Assembly: GCA_017654855.1 (NCBI GenBank) | Contig: CM030333.1 | Coordinates: 248,001 to 312,000, forward strand | From: Podospora anserina | Taxonomy: Eukaryota | Length of the DNA stretch: 64,000 nucleotides | Reading direction: 5' to 3' | Shown here: positions 42,001-56,000 of the stretch, in pieces | Layout of the letters: each line of letters starts with the position of its first letter | Numbering within the stretch: position 1 is the stretch's first letter | Made by a program: the position numbers and the translations under genes | Notes under the pieces: model-generated | What the model saw: the letters and a program-made list of their open reading frames with translations, nothing else | What the model was told of the DNA's origin: nothing | The model's database searches: none

Positions 42001-44419
42001 TTTTTTATAGTAGCTTTTAAAAAAAAAGTAGAAAAAGAATTATATTAAGATTCGAGGCTTAATATTATCAATAAGTATATCGCTATAGCTATACGGATCG
42101 ACGATAAGGAATTCTAATATAGTATAAAGAAAAAAGGTACTACTGAGGATTATTATAGTCATAACTACTTTAACGATAAATATAAACGGTAATACCCTAA
42201 TACTAATTACCTCGGTACTATATGTATAAGACCTAAACGTTAACGCTAATAGTAATAGAGGCTATAGGGCGGAACTAGGTTAGGAATAACTTTAAGTATT
42301 TCAATTATAGGGAAGTGAAATACTTTAAAAAACCCAATCAGATATTCAAATAATTTAGGTAAAAGAAGAAGGTTATTATAGTAATTATTATATCGAGAGG
42401 ACCGAGAATTATAAAAGTCGTAACTATTAAATTCTAGAAGAACAAAGTTGTATATTTCGAAAATACCTTTTATTAATATATTAAATAAACAAACGTGGAG
42501 TTTTAAGAATATAAGGATATTATAAAACGGTTAAAGGTAGAATATAAAGAAGGGAATATTAAATCATAAACTTTATGGGATTAAATAATATAAACTAGTA
42601 CGAAAGTTAAGAAGTATAAGCACTCTATTTTACAAAAGAAATAGATAAAGCAAAGAGTATTAAAAATTTAATATTTTTAAGATGAAATTATAATTATATA
42701 ACGGACCTACGTTACGGACAAGTATACATATAAAAGCTAGGAAAAGCATTACGAAAATAAAAAGGTTATTCATATTAAGCTTTTGACATACTCCGGATAA
42801 GTACTTTTACTTATATAATATAAATTCCATAAAAGAAACGTAGTATAATTTTGTTTTAAATATCCGCAATATCGGCAAATACTTTAGTTTTAAAATATTA
42901 TATACAAATATACAAAGTACTATTAAAGTTAGTTTTTATATAGCTATTAGCCGGTATATAAAGAGGGTAAGAATGGAAACTTCGAACCGGTTAAAATGAC
43001 TAAAATTAAATAGGAATAATACGAAAAGAAACTAAATGATTATTTTTTATAGAGAGTTTAAGACCCGGTGAAAATAAAACCAATCTTTCAATAAAACGGT
43101 TTATACTTGATATATAAGATGTTATTTGAATAAAATAAAGTAGAATGATAATAAGATTATGTTAAAGGAATTCGCTTTAATATATTCTAAAAGTCTCGAC
43201 TTTATATTCTACTTATGAAAGAAGGTTAAGCAGTATTATAAACTATTAACCGAGGTTAAAACTAATACTATAGCTAAAGAATAGAGGCGTAACCGAAGGA
43301 AAGTTCTATAGGGTATAAACGACGAAAGGTAGGAAGAAACTTAACGGTAATTATTGAATGTATTTAATAAGATTAAATAATTCAGCATATGAAAATATAT
43401 TGAAAAAAACATTATCGTTTAAGAAACGACTTGCGACCTTTCGCAGGGGCCGCTACAATTTAACGGACTACGAAAAGTGCCGTCGGAGATATCGGCGTAA
43501 AGCAAAGGTACATAATAATAATCCGATATTCGTTAGCAAAATCACTACTAGATAAAAAAGAAGTAAAAGAAATAAAAGTTTTAAGGAAATAATAGATATA
43601 ATATATTGAAAAAATCTTAGAGTAATAATATTAATAAATAAAAGTACGGAAATAGATTTAATTTTGGTATAAATTATATATTAAGTCAAAATATTATATA
43701 AAAGAAGAATCCATCATCACATAAAAACTATTTTTGACTTAAAAAGTTTATAAGGAAATATTAACTTAAGCTATTATAATGGAAAGAAAAATAACCTTAA
43801 TTATACTCAATAGTATAAATATAAAGCTTTCAAACAATATCATGTTAAGATAATTGTAATCCCAGGATTATAACCTAGATATCAATTAAAAGAATAGTAG
43901 TTATTTACGATTCAAGGAAGTTTAAAAAATATGTACGTAAAAATAGGAAATTAGGCGTATATATAGAATAAAGTATAAAAAAAAGTACCTTTTATAATAC
44001 TCCCGTTAAGAGCCTAAAAGGTGATAGTATATTCCATTAATATAGGTGGTAAAATAGAGAAAAGTAAAGTTAACCACGTTAATAAAACTATCGGAAATTA
44101 ATAAATACGCTTATTATAATAACGTAAAGAAATGTAAGAAAAAGGCGGTACCGGGACAATATTAAAAACATTTGGCTTTTATGGCTAAGTATTTAAAGGG
44201 ATTTCTATAATAAGGACTGTAGGATCACGAAATTAAATTTAGAAAAGGAACTAATTACGGCTATTTGAGGTCTACAATATTAACGATAAGTAAGATAAAA
44301 AACTATAAAAGTATATAAACGAGAATTTTAAAAAAAGGATATTCTAGGGAGTTTATATTATTAATAAACAACCCCATATTTTTTGTACTAAAAAAAACGT
44401 TAAGTTAAAATTATACATA

Positions 44420-46281
44420 ACGTATATTATAAGCGAGTGACCCATATAAGCGAGTGACCCACTTCCCACCACACCGTAACAAACTATCCTCAATTATACT
44501 GCAACAACACTAGGAAGCAACTACAATTATATTAGAAACGGCTGAATCAGATGATTCCCCAGCCTCCTGGCAAGTGCGCGCGTTATGGCCAGGCTTGCCG
44601 CACACACCACAGCACCGAACCCTCGCACGATCTCCCCCTGCATTACTATTATCCGGCTGCGTTTCTTGCACTTCCTCCCTATCCACGGCCTTCTGATCCA
44701 GTAGATCCTGTGCCTCTTGTATAGTAAGTGACCCTCCAAGCCTCACACGTGTTTTTTTGGCTCTCCGGCGCTTACTTAGTACCTTATTGGCCTTACGGAG
44801 CGAAGAAACCTCTGGACGAAGGAGAGCCACTTAGTGTATTATAGCCGTTGTACCCTTAGTAAGCTAGTTTACCGTAGCTAGTATTAAAGTCGGGGAGCTA
44901 TTTTAATGGTTAGTAATGCGAATCTTAATAAGCGTTAACTGTGAGTTGGCTTCTCGAGGGTTATATAGTGTCTGGGAGACCCAAAGTTATATAGTACCGG
45001 GCCGTAAGTTTAGAGGTATTAACGTACGAAGCTTTATATCTAACTTAAAAAGCACCCTCTCTGGATTATACGGTATAAAGTTAATACCCGTAAAGCTACC
45101 CTATATATTCTTCTCTATTATAAAGGCGAAAAAGGTTTCGCGGAAAGTATAAAGGAACTCGAGCTTACTTATATAATTAATATATATACGCATTAAGTCC
45201 TCGATCTAGCGACCGTACGCCTATTTTAACGGCCTAAAGTAATTAATATCGAGTAACTGGAAAAGGTAGGAGGAGTATAGAGGTATATAGAATATAATAA
45301 TATTATTTTACTAATAATAACGCTCGAATTTAATTAAGTAGTAACTTTCATAGCCGTTAAGGATTAATAACCGGTATTTACTTTTTATACGGGGCGCTAT
45401 ATAGTAGTCGAAATACTTAATTTAATCTCAACTTACTATATTAGTAATTTAATTATTATTAATAATTACGATACGTTAAATAAATAATAGATTATATTTA
45501 ATATATTAATTAGTAAAGTAATATTATACGGCTAAAATAATTAAAGGAAGGATAGCTTAGCCGAGGGTATTAACTCCCTGGATTACGGTTACCTATTTGC
45601 GGTTACTAAACTAAGTTAGTTTTACTTTACTAAGGCTATCCGAAGTCGTAATTACTATACCCGCGAAAATAATACCTATTATAAACCTAATTTCGTTAAA
45701 ATTATAAATATTATTATTTATAATACCGTACTTAGCTTTAGTATTTTGTACGAGCGTAAATTACTTAGTAATAACCTTTAGATCCTCGCATTTAGCCCTC
45801 TGGTAATCGTATTTACGCGTAAAACGCGTACGGAGTTATAGCTAGCGTTTAACGAAGTTATGTGCCCAAAGCTTGCCAATAAGGGGCGCGTCGCGTACGC
45901 GTAGCAGTTAGTTAGCTATATCTTCCACACTACGTAATCTTGGTGGAAAAGCTCGCGTATATAGCTTAATAACGTATTAAACAATAGCCTCCTCTTCGGA
46001 CTAAGTGAGCTTCTTCGATTTGGGCGTAGTATCGCGTCGTGCAGGCCAGCCAGCGCGCCGACGCCCTAGAGTCTTACGATCGACTCCATAGATCTTAGCT
46101 GCGGCTCGTTCGCTTAGATTCTTGTCGTTTTGAAGTGCTTGGAGGGCTAAAATTATGTGGGCTTCATTTGAATTAGAAGGCATCTTGGATGGTTGAGGAA
46201 ATTGTTGTTGAGTGCGAAGGTGTTATGTTACGAAGGAAGTGGGTCACTCGCTTATATGGGTTACTCGCTTATAATATACGT
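44420..46281 (-). mobile_element. Fot1/pogo DNA transposon, full length (1862 bp)
   Basis: 47-bp TIRs with one mismatch (acgtatattataagcgagtgacccatataagcgagtgacccacttcc), TA duplication, splits the RT LCVDYR motif. Confidence 0.95.
44510..46183 (-). pseudogene. Fot1/pogo transposase relic
   Basis: ORF fragments MPSNSNEAHIILALQALQ.. and ..RCCGVCGKPGHNARTC; centre riddled with RIP stops. Confidence 0.92.
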
Positions 46282-48959
46282 TAAACTACCGACGATTATA
46301 TAACGAAATAGTAGAAAATAAGTACCCGCTACTGCTGATGATTAATTTATAAAGTTAATTAAATAAAGTATAATATTTTATACGCTTAAACTACCTCTTA
46401 AATTTATTTATATTTAAATTAGGGAAAAGAATAAATAAAAAATAATATTCGGTATACTTTATATTTATTTCAAATACTTTATAAGATCATTCGGGTTAAT
46501 TAATCTACTTACGGCGTTTTAATCTTTCGTTATATATATAATCCGGAAATACCTTTATAAAATAAAAATATATTATCTTAACGACGTTACCATTTACTTA
46601 CGTACTTTAAAGAAATTCCAATACAATATACGAAAAATAAACGACGTATTATACGGAACTAAAGTTTTACTTAATAAAGAAAAGCGAGTTCTATATACAG
46701 AAAATTATATATTTTGGATATTTAATATTTTTAAGTAAAGTCCGTATAGAATCTAGAAAATTTATAGTAGTTAAAGACTAGCTTAAGGTATAATTATGAA
46801 TACATATTAGCAAAATTTAAAGTTTATTAATTCTTATCGGATTTTTATCCGGAGATATATAGATTTTACGCGATTATTGAACTATTTAAGTAAGAAAATA
46901 TAAGGCTCTGGTAAGAGTAGGAAGAAAAGTAGGCCTTTTAAAAGTTAGAAAAATTATTTTAAAGGACCTAATATTCAAATTGCTAGATCCTAATCAACTA
47001 TTTAAAGTCGAGATTAATTTATTAAGTTATACAATCCGTAGATGATTAGGCTACCGAGATAATAACGGAAAGTTATATTTGGGAGCTTTCTTTTCGAAAT
47101 AGCTAAAAGGGGTATATTAAAATCATTCAACTTACGATAAAGAATTACTTGTTATTATCGAAGCGTTTCAGAAATAAAAGCTATATTTTAATAATCTTAA
47201 TTACGAAATGTAGGTCTATGTACATTAGAAAAACTTACAATACCTTACTATTACAAAAGTCCTTAGCGTATAGTAAACTCGATAGTCAAAATTTCTTTTG
47301 AAGTATAATTTTTAAATTATTTATAAAAAGAGTTCGAAGAACATAAAACAAACATATTTAGCCGGTAGGCGGACCACTATAAAAATATACATAGGGAATG
47401 GTTATTATTATTTAAAAAGACGTTGCAACATATCCTTAAAAGATTTACTTTAATTATAAATAACATATTATATAATATATTATAAATAAATTACGTATAA
47501 GAGAATATAAAGGAAAAATAAATAACGATATACGGAATAATACTAATGAGAAAAGTCAAAGCTGTAAAATAGTTAAAAGGATACTTAAGGATATCTATAG
47601 TATAAGAAGCGGACCTACGTAGAGCTAGGTGCTAAAAAGGTATTAACAATGAAAATCTATAGGTTAGGGTTCGGAAAAGATATAGGTATTATTAAAATTA
47701 TAGAAAAAGAAACAATACTTTAATTAATTAAAAACTAAAAATAATATGAAAAAAGCTATTTAGTTATTTTATACGTATCAAAAAGTAAAGGTCATAAAGT
47801 ATAACCCTTGTAGATTTTTTAGGTTATTATTAATAGCTAAATGGCTATAGAGTTTAATTATAGTGAACTTTACTACGAAGTTACTAAAGTTAAAGAATAC
47901 GGTAACCGGTATTGAATATAATAGTATATTAACGATAATCGATAAATTTATTAAATAAAGGTACTTCTTACTTTAAAGAAAGGTCTAACTGATAAAGTAA
48001 TTAATGGATATAGTATTATAACACATTATACTAATATAGGTATAATTAAAAGAATTTGTCACGGACCGCGATATTAAATTTATATCATAGTTTTAAAAAG
48101 CGTTAATAATAAAATGAAAGATAGTAAGTAAAGCGTTTTCCGCCTAATACCCTTAAATAGACGGATAGACGGAACGGTTTAATTAAATTATAAAATAGTA
48201 TTTACGGAATCATTTCAATTCTAAGTAAAATAACTAGGTTAAACTACTACATACCGTATGATTAGTGAACAATATATTATTAACCGAGACGGTAAAAGTA
48301 ATATTTGTCTTCATAAATTATAAATAGAAAGTAAGCTTATGTTAGGGACTGGATATAAAGTTGTCTAGGGCTACAGTCAAAAGAAGTAAGTTATATATAC
48401 TTTATAGTAATCTTAAGGAAAAACTAGAGTTTATAAGAAATAAGATGCGGAAATACTATAACTTCAAAAAGCTCGAAGGACTTTACTTTAAAGGGGGGAT
48501 ATAGTATTCCTTTTTATACGTAATTTACGTATTTAGAGAACTACTAAGAAACTAAACTATAGGAAAGTAGGCCCATTTAAAGATAAAAGGAAAAGATTAA
48601 AAATAGTATTTAAGGTAAAGTTACTTAATATAATATATTTGTAACTATATATCGTTTGAATTTTATTTTTAAAACTCGTATTATTTGTAAATAAAGTTAA
48701 GATTTAGAAAGTAACGGAGGACGGAAAAAAATGTATAATATAGAAAGACTTTTAGAGTTATAGTTTATTTAAACTTAATTAAAATCCTTAATTAAATAAA
48801 TAGATTACCTAACTATGGATAATTTATAGAAACTATCGGTAAACCTAAAATATTTACATAAACTGAAAAAATTGTATTGGTAATATGTAAACTGACCTAA
48901 GCTAAAAGAAGATTAAGTATTTAAGTTTATAGTCGGGTACTTATTAACTTAAATACAAA

Positions 48960-49029
48960 AACTTCAACGAGAATCGAACCCGCGCTTCCGATATCATAGT
49001 CGATATACTATATACTGTATTATAAAACT
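48960..49029 (-). ncRNA. tRNA-like gene relic inside Gypsy element
   Basis: Same 70-nt length and position as the other copies; GCGGGTTCGATTCTCG T-arm retained, rest RIP-damaged. Confidence 0.6.
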
Positions 49030-49080
49030 AATAAATGTTTAGGGATTTACTTACAAATGACGTTATATACTTTAATTGCT

Positions 49081-49726
49081 TTAAAACGTAAAAGAGTTTT
49101 ACCGGTAGTACTTGAATTAATTAAGAAGAAGGGACCGGTTACGTTAAAGCTAGGACTTAGGGAAAGATCAGAAGGGTAGTCGAGGCTTAAGGGGGAATCT
49201 AAGACATAAAGAGCCTATAAAGCGGCGTTCTAAATGGCTTCCAGCTATATAGAGATATCGTAAGAAGATTCGGGCGGTACGGAAATAGCCGACTATACTA
49301 CCTGAGTGTTTTCCTTTAAATACTCCGCGCAAATAGCCGCTCTTTACGAATATAGAGAGAGAGACGTATTTATCTTATTCCGAGAAGCTTAATGATTGAT
49401 TACGAAAGTGAATCCTTAAGTTTTTACTCTTTACGTTCGAGTTTATTTTGCTTTTTTAAGGCTCGAGTTACTATAAAGCAATTAATTATAATATAAAAGT
49501 AAAAAAGATATACTTACGAGCGGAGCCTACGTTAGAACCGTTATACAGGATTTTACGGCGTACGTATTTAAAATACTGACAAGAGCCGGAGATTACAGTA
49601 TAAGGGATCCTGAAAGTAAAATAAATATAGTAAAGTGTTATAGTAGATTTATTGCGGAAGATTCGTAAAGCGAGAGAAAACTAAGTGTTTAGTTTTACAA
49701 TAACGTTTCTATATACAGTTAAATAT
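49081..49726 (-). pseudogene. Antisense Zn2Cys6 ORF relic, variant C
   Basis: 49632-49543 reads Y-YI-Y-FTFRIP-Y-TVISGSCQ-Y-FK-Y-VRRKIL-Y-NG; six TAC/TAT codons with spacing X2,X6,X8,X2,X6. Confidence 0.7.
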
Positions 49727-49817
49727 AATAAAGTACGGTAAAAAAAAAGATTTATAACATTATTAAAGTTAAACAAAAATTAGGCTGTAGGGACTTTAGC
49801 CTAAAAAGGAAGTGTTA

Positions 49818-50163
49818 TATTACGGTTTTGGGAAACGGTAGAGATATAAGTAACTATTGACCGCTGGACCGGGCGATTTTACGGGGCTTACCGTCAAATA
49901 AATAGGACAGACCAATAAAATCTGGACCGAGGACCGTAGTGGGGCTTACGATCCATGGTTCTAAGGTCTATATGTACGGAGGAACTAGCTAGTGTAGATA
50001 AATAGTTCCGTAGTATATAATATAAATTATAAGGTTAGTATCTTAACTATTATAATTAAGACAAGCCATTATTTTATACTGTTTATCTATGCCAAAACAG
50101 GATTATTTAAAAGTGCCTTTGACTAGTATCCGTTTTAGGGGTTCTGGATAGGAGTTCGTCACA
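49818..50163 (+). repeat. 3' LTR (GGACCG-type U3)
   Basis: After purine tract aaaaaggaag; tattacggttttggg...gttcgtcaca. Confidence 0.88.
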
Positions 50164-52651
50164 TTTACCTTTAAAATTTATTTAGAATAATTTCATTTTT
50201 TTAGGAAAAGAATTATGATATATTTAATGGGAAATTTATTTAACATAAAGTTTTGAAACAAATGTAGGTAGTTGATTAAAAAAAATTTAAAACTTGTGAT
50301 TAAGAAAGCAGAATAATAACAGAACTTTTGAAGTTCATTTTATAAAATAATATATACTACCATTTAAACGTTATAATCATTCTGGAAATTATAAAAGCAT
50401 TTAATAACTAACTTGAATTACTTATATTAATAAGGAATTACCTCTAAAAGCTGAAAGTTATTAATTTGATTAGTACTAAATTTATTAAAAGCGTTATATT
50501 ATGAGAAACTAGTTAAATATCTGAATACTTTCTATAAAATACTATGATCACTATTTCAAAAGAAAGTTGTCATTTTATTATTAATGATTTTATAAATTAT
50601 TCTTTACTTATGAGAATTTAATCAAGTAGGTGCTTTTAAATAAAAGGCTTTTTGTAGAGCTTGAAGTAAAAAAAAGTAAAATCTGAAAATATTCTATACT
50701 AACTTCTTTAAGTATTTTCGTTACTTTTAATAAGGTATTCACCGTACTTCTTCCCATATTATACCGGTATTGTACTCTTCTTTTTCTACTTTAATCAATG
50801 TCCAAATTCTAGATTTATATATTAGCATTAATACATCTTTTAATAATTTTAAGAATTTTATAAACTCATTATATTACATTTTTTAAATTCTCTTCTAACT
50901 TATGTTATATTGAAAAAACGCGTAAATATATTTGGATCATAAATATTTATTAAGTATATCAATCATTAATTTTTTAATGGTTAAGGTAATGTATTTTCCA
51001 AATTATATATGTTGTTTTGTTTGTATAATATAAAATAATATTGAATATATCGGAATTTGATTTTGTAATAAATAATAAGTTTATTTCTATATTTAATAAA
51101 GAACATTTTTACATAATATGAATTAAACAATTTGATATATTAATTTGGCTTTTATATAACAGGGGATTAATTTTGTATAGTTTTATGCAGGGTTTATAAC
51201 GTTATCATTTGCGGCTACTTTAGTTCTTTTTATGTTAGTATTAACTTCAACGTTGTAATAGTGGATAAAGCTATTATTCCTATCTCTTATATTAAACTCT
51301 GGCGCTTTGATTTTTAAAAAATAAAGTTTGATTACTACTAACAATTATTATATTTAATATCGATATGTTTAAAAAAGAAGATTGTTAAAAAAGTACCAAA
51401 ACTACTTATAGTCCTCTTCGGAGAGAATATTATTAAACAGAAAAAATTATGAAAAAGATTATTTATAATTTATGTAATTAAATTATCATAAATTAAAATA
51501 CTATAATTATATAAACTTCATTATTAGAATAATTGAAATCTAATATACAATTGTTTTTTATATTTTTGAATTGGTACCATTTTATAATTATTATAAAGCT
51601 AACGTACATTATAAGCGAGTCGCGCACTGGCCATTGCGACGCGTTCTCTCTACACTTAACATCATACTTCTCTACAACTCAACATGCCACCTACTTTAAA
51701 AGAAGCGAGGGTAATCTTAGCCCTTAAAGCTCTCCAAAAGGATGAAAAATTAAGCCTCAGAGCCGCGGCTAAGCTCTATAATGTACTACCAACAACCCTC
51801 CGCGACCGACGCGCTGGCCGGCCTGCACGACGCGATACTACGCCCAATTCGAAGAAGCTTACTCAATCAGAAGAGGATGCTATTATTCAATACGTTATTG
51901 AGCTATATGCGCGAGCTTTTCTACTAAGATTGCGTAGTGTAGAAGATATAGCTAACTAACTATTCCACGTACGTAACGCGCCCCCTATTAGTAAGCTCTA
52001 GGTATATAACTTCGTTAAACGCTAATTATAACTCCGTACGTGTTTTACGCGTAGATACGATTATTCAAGAGTTAAGTATAAAGATCTAAAGGTTATTGCT
52101 GAGTAATTTACGCTCGTACGGAATACTAAGGTTTAGTACGGTATTGTAGATAATAATATTTATAACTTTAACGAGATTAGGTTTATAATAGGTATTATTT
52201 TCATAGGTACAATAGTTATAATCTCGGACGGCCTTAAAAAGGTAATACTAATTTAGTTTAATAATCGTAAATAGGCGATTATAATTTAAGAAGTTAATAC
52301 CTTTAGTTAAACTATCCTTACGTTTATTATTTTAGCCGTATAGTACTACTTTACTAATTAATATACTAAGTATAATTTCCTAACCGACTAGTATATCGTA
52401 ACGATTAATAATAATTAAACTATTAATATAATAAGTTTAGATTAAATTAAGTACTTCGATTACTATATTACGTTCCGTATAAAAAGTAAATACCGGTTAT
52501 TAATTTTCGATAGTTACGAAAGCTATTATTAAACCGAATTCGAACGCTATTATTAATAAAATAATATTATTACGCTCTATATACCTCTATATTTTTCTTA
52601 TTACGTTTAGTTATTTAATATTAATTACTTTAAGCTACTAAAGTAAGTGTA

Positions 52652-53035
52652 TGTCACGGCTTGACACTTTGGTGGGGCGCGGGGCGCACCACGGGCCAAT
52701 CATTAGTACAGGAGCGAGGACCAATTAAAGCAGGATCATTGGGATCGAGGATCGATCCAGAAGAGTCAATCCCAAAAGGGACAGTATCGATAGGATCGAT
52801 GGTCGAGTCAATCGATCCAGGATAGTGCTAGGCTTGGCACAGGGTCTATATATACGGAGGAACTGGCTGGTGTAGATAGACAGTTCCGCAGTATGTAATT
52901 TAAGCTTGTATTCACGGTATTTAGTGTTTACATTGAGACATCTTGTTATGCACTATTTAGCTACACCGAACCAATTGTTAGAAGTTACCTTTAACCAGTA
53001 TCCCTTTCAGAGGTTCTGTACAGGGGTTCGTCACA
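52652..53035 (+). repeat. 5' LTR (GATCGA-type U3)
   Basis: tgtcacggcttgacac...ggggttcgtcaca; CCAAT boxes; TATA at ~52847. Confidence 0.97.
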
Positions 53036-53037
53036 CG

Positions 53038-53046
53038 TTGCATACT
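53038..53046 (+). promoter_or_regulatory. Self-priming primer-binding site
   Basis: TTGCATACT is the reverse complement of AGTATGCAA in the LTR (52890-52898, one RIP change; intact in LTRs 2066, 33482, 38696); no TGG tRNA-type PBS. Confidence 0.75.
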
Positions 53047-53092
53047 CACTTCAACTCTGTCACGGATAAGTTAAAGGCGTCTTTTTACTACC

Positions 53093-56000
53093 ATGGCCCA
53101 ACCCGAGAACGTTCAGATGGGAGGCGTCCCGCCTAGCCTAACTATCGAGGGACCTTTTACGGCAGACGCCAGGTTCAGGGTCACCACGGCTCAATAGCTT
53201 ATCGATCGCGTTAAAGAGTTTAAAGCCGAAGCCCAGTAGACCAGGGAGCAGGTTCTTGCTCTCTCGGCGGCTAGGCCCACGCACGTAACTAAGTTCCCGG
53301 CACCGGAGCACTATAGAGGCGGAAAGGCAGAGCTTAAAGGTTTTTTAATCTAGTTTAAAATTTATTTTCGTTACTACCCGGAATAGTTCGATACGGAGGA
53401 GTCGAAGGTAGTATACGTAGCTACCTGGCTTAAGGATAAAGCTTTTATTTAGTTCGAGCCTATTTTTAACGACTATTACGAGGTAGTGGCGGAGGACCAG
53501 AAAGAGATTACTGTCCAGTGTTTTCGGAGTTACCGAGCCTTCGAAATAAAGTTTAAAAAAATATTTAGGGAATATAATAAAGGTAGGTGCGCGTAAGAGA
53601 AGCTCGCGAATCTACGGTAAATACGTTCGGTAACGGAATATATTATTTAGTTTAAAATTAATAATTTACGTAACGAAATTAACGATAAGGGATTAATATA
53701 AACCTTTTATAATAGCCTTAAAGAAAAGGTAAAGGACGAATTATATAAGGAGGAAAGGCTTAACACTATCGATAAATATATTACTATAGTTATACGGATC
53801 GATAATAAATAATTCTAACGTCGTGCGGAGAAGAGAAACTATAATAATCGGGGTTATTACGGAAATTACCGCTCTAATAATAAACGTAAATAATAATATT
53901 TAACTACTAATTACTCCGGTACTATATATTCGGGATTTATAAATATCGATACTATATAGTAATAAAGGTTATAAGGCTAGGGCTAAAGTAAAGATAACTA
54001 TAAGTATTTTAATTATAGTAAAGTAAGATACTTTAAAAAGGATTACCGGGCACTTAAGTAACTTAAATAAAAAAAAGAGGTTACCGTAATAATTATTATA
54101 TCGAAGGGACCGAGGGTTATAGAAGTCGTAGCTATCGGGTATTAATAAAGTAAAATAATAAACTTCGAAGAAAACTTTAATTAATATACCGAATAAAAGG
54201 AAATAGAGTTTTAGGGGCTACGGGAAGTAATGGAAAGGCTAAAAGCAAAGTATAAAGAAAAAAACCTTTAAATATTAATATTCTAGAATCGATTAATATA
54301 AATTACTATAGAAATCGCTACGAAAGTTATTAAGGATAATAACGTTATATAGTAGGAAGGACTTATTATATAAACGATATTAAAAAAGTAATACGGTAAG
54401 CGTAGGATCGTTATTTCGCAAGAAATATTATTATTTATAAAGCTCGTATATAAATATTAAGAAAAATATTAAAAAGGTAAGAAGGTCGCTAATATCGGGA
54501 TCGCGAAATTATTAAGAAATATATTTATACTTATATAATATATACCCTATAAAGGAAATATAATATAATTTTATTCTAAATATCCGGAATATCGGAAAAT
54601 ACTTTAATTTTAATATATTATATACGGATATATAAAGTACTACTAAAATAAATCGCTATACGGTTACTAGCCGGTACGTAAGTTTATACTAAAATATATA
54701 AAATACTACGTTAAATATACGAACGGTTAGGATATAAATAATAATATATATTTTTAGGAAAAAGTGGTACTAGGTTAGTGCCTAAACCCAAATTACGCAC
54801 TATATTTATAAAAAAAAGTTAAACGATATTATTAAATAAAAGTATTTAAATAAACGATTAAATAAAAAAACCGTTATCGGATATATATATAAAAAAATAT
54901 TAAATATATAAAAGACGGAAAATAGGAGGAAACTAGGTAAGTATAGTTAAAAGACTTTATATTATTAAATAACCCGGAGTAAAAGGATATTTTTAAACGA
55001 TATAACTATTTAAAAAACGATTCGCGGCCCTTCGTAGGGGCCGGTAATCTTTAATAAATTACGAATAGTATTTTCGGAAGTATTAGCGTAAGGCGAAGGT
55101 ATAGGATAATAATCCGGTACTCGTTAACGAGGTCGTTACTATATAAAGAAGAAGTAAAAAAAATAAACGCTTCTAGGTTATAGTATACTAAAAAAATATT
55201 TAGGCGGTAATATTAATAGACGGCGGTATAAAGACAAACCTAATTTCGTTATAGTTCGTATACTAAACTCGTATACTATAAAAAAAAAAAAAGGAATGGA
55301 TCGTTATATAAAAATTATTTCCAACGTAAAAAGTCTATAGAAAAACATTACCTTTAAATATTATAGTCGAAGGAAAAATAACTTTAATTATATTTAATAT
55401 TATAAATATAGGACCCTCGAAGGATATAATCCTAGGGTAACTATAGCATAAAGACTATAACCTAGATATTAATTAGAGGAATAGTAACTATTTATAATTA
55501 AAAGAACCTTAAAAGTATTTAATTAACGATAGGAGATTAGGCATACGTATAGAGTAGAGTATAGGATAAGTACCTTCCACGGTACTACCGTAAGGAGCCT
55601 AAAAAGTAATAATATACTTTATCGATATAAGTAATAAAATCGAAAAAGTAAAGTTAACGACGTTAATAGAAATATCGGAGGTTAATAAATATATTTATTA
55701 TAATTATATAAAAAAAAATAAAAAAAAAGTAATATTAATAAAATATTAAAGATATTTAACCTTTACGGCTAAATATTTAGAGGGACTTTTAAAGCGAGGA
55801 CCGTAGGACTACGAAATTAAATTAAAAAAAGGAGCTAAGCTATAGCTATTTAAAGTTTACTATACTAACGATAAATAAAATAAAAAACTATAAAAGTATT
55901 TAAACGAAAATCTAAAAAAAAAATATATTAGGGAGTCTATATCGCTAGTAGGATACCCCATATTCTTTATACCGAAAAAGGACGGTAATTTACAATTATA

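Larger units (their letters stand above)
41507..50163 (+). mobile_element. Gypsy element lacking its 5' LTR (gag from ~codon 39 to 3' LTR), with nested Fot1-like element in RT
   Basis: Colinear with 53208-59991; 3' LTR 49818-50163. Confidence 0.88.

Noticed and set aside
43358-43555. 65-aa basic ORF
   Set aside because: Stop-free patch of the RIPed gag-pol relic, not a separate gene
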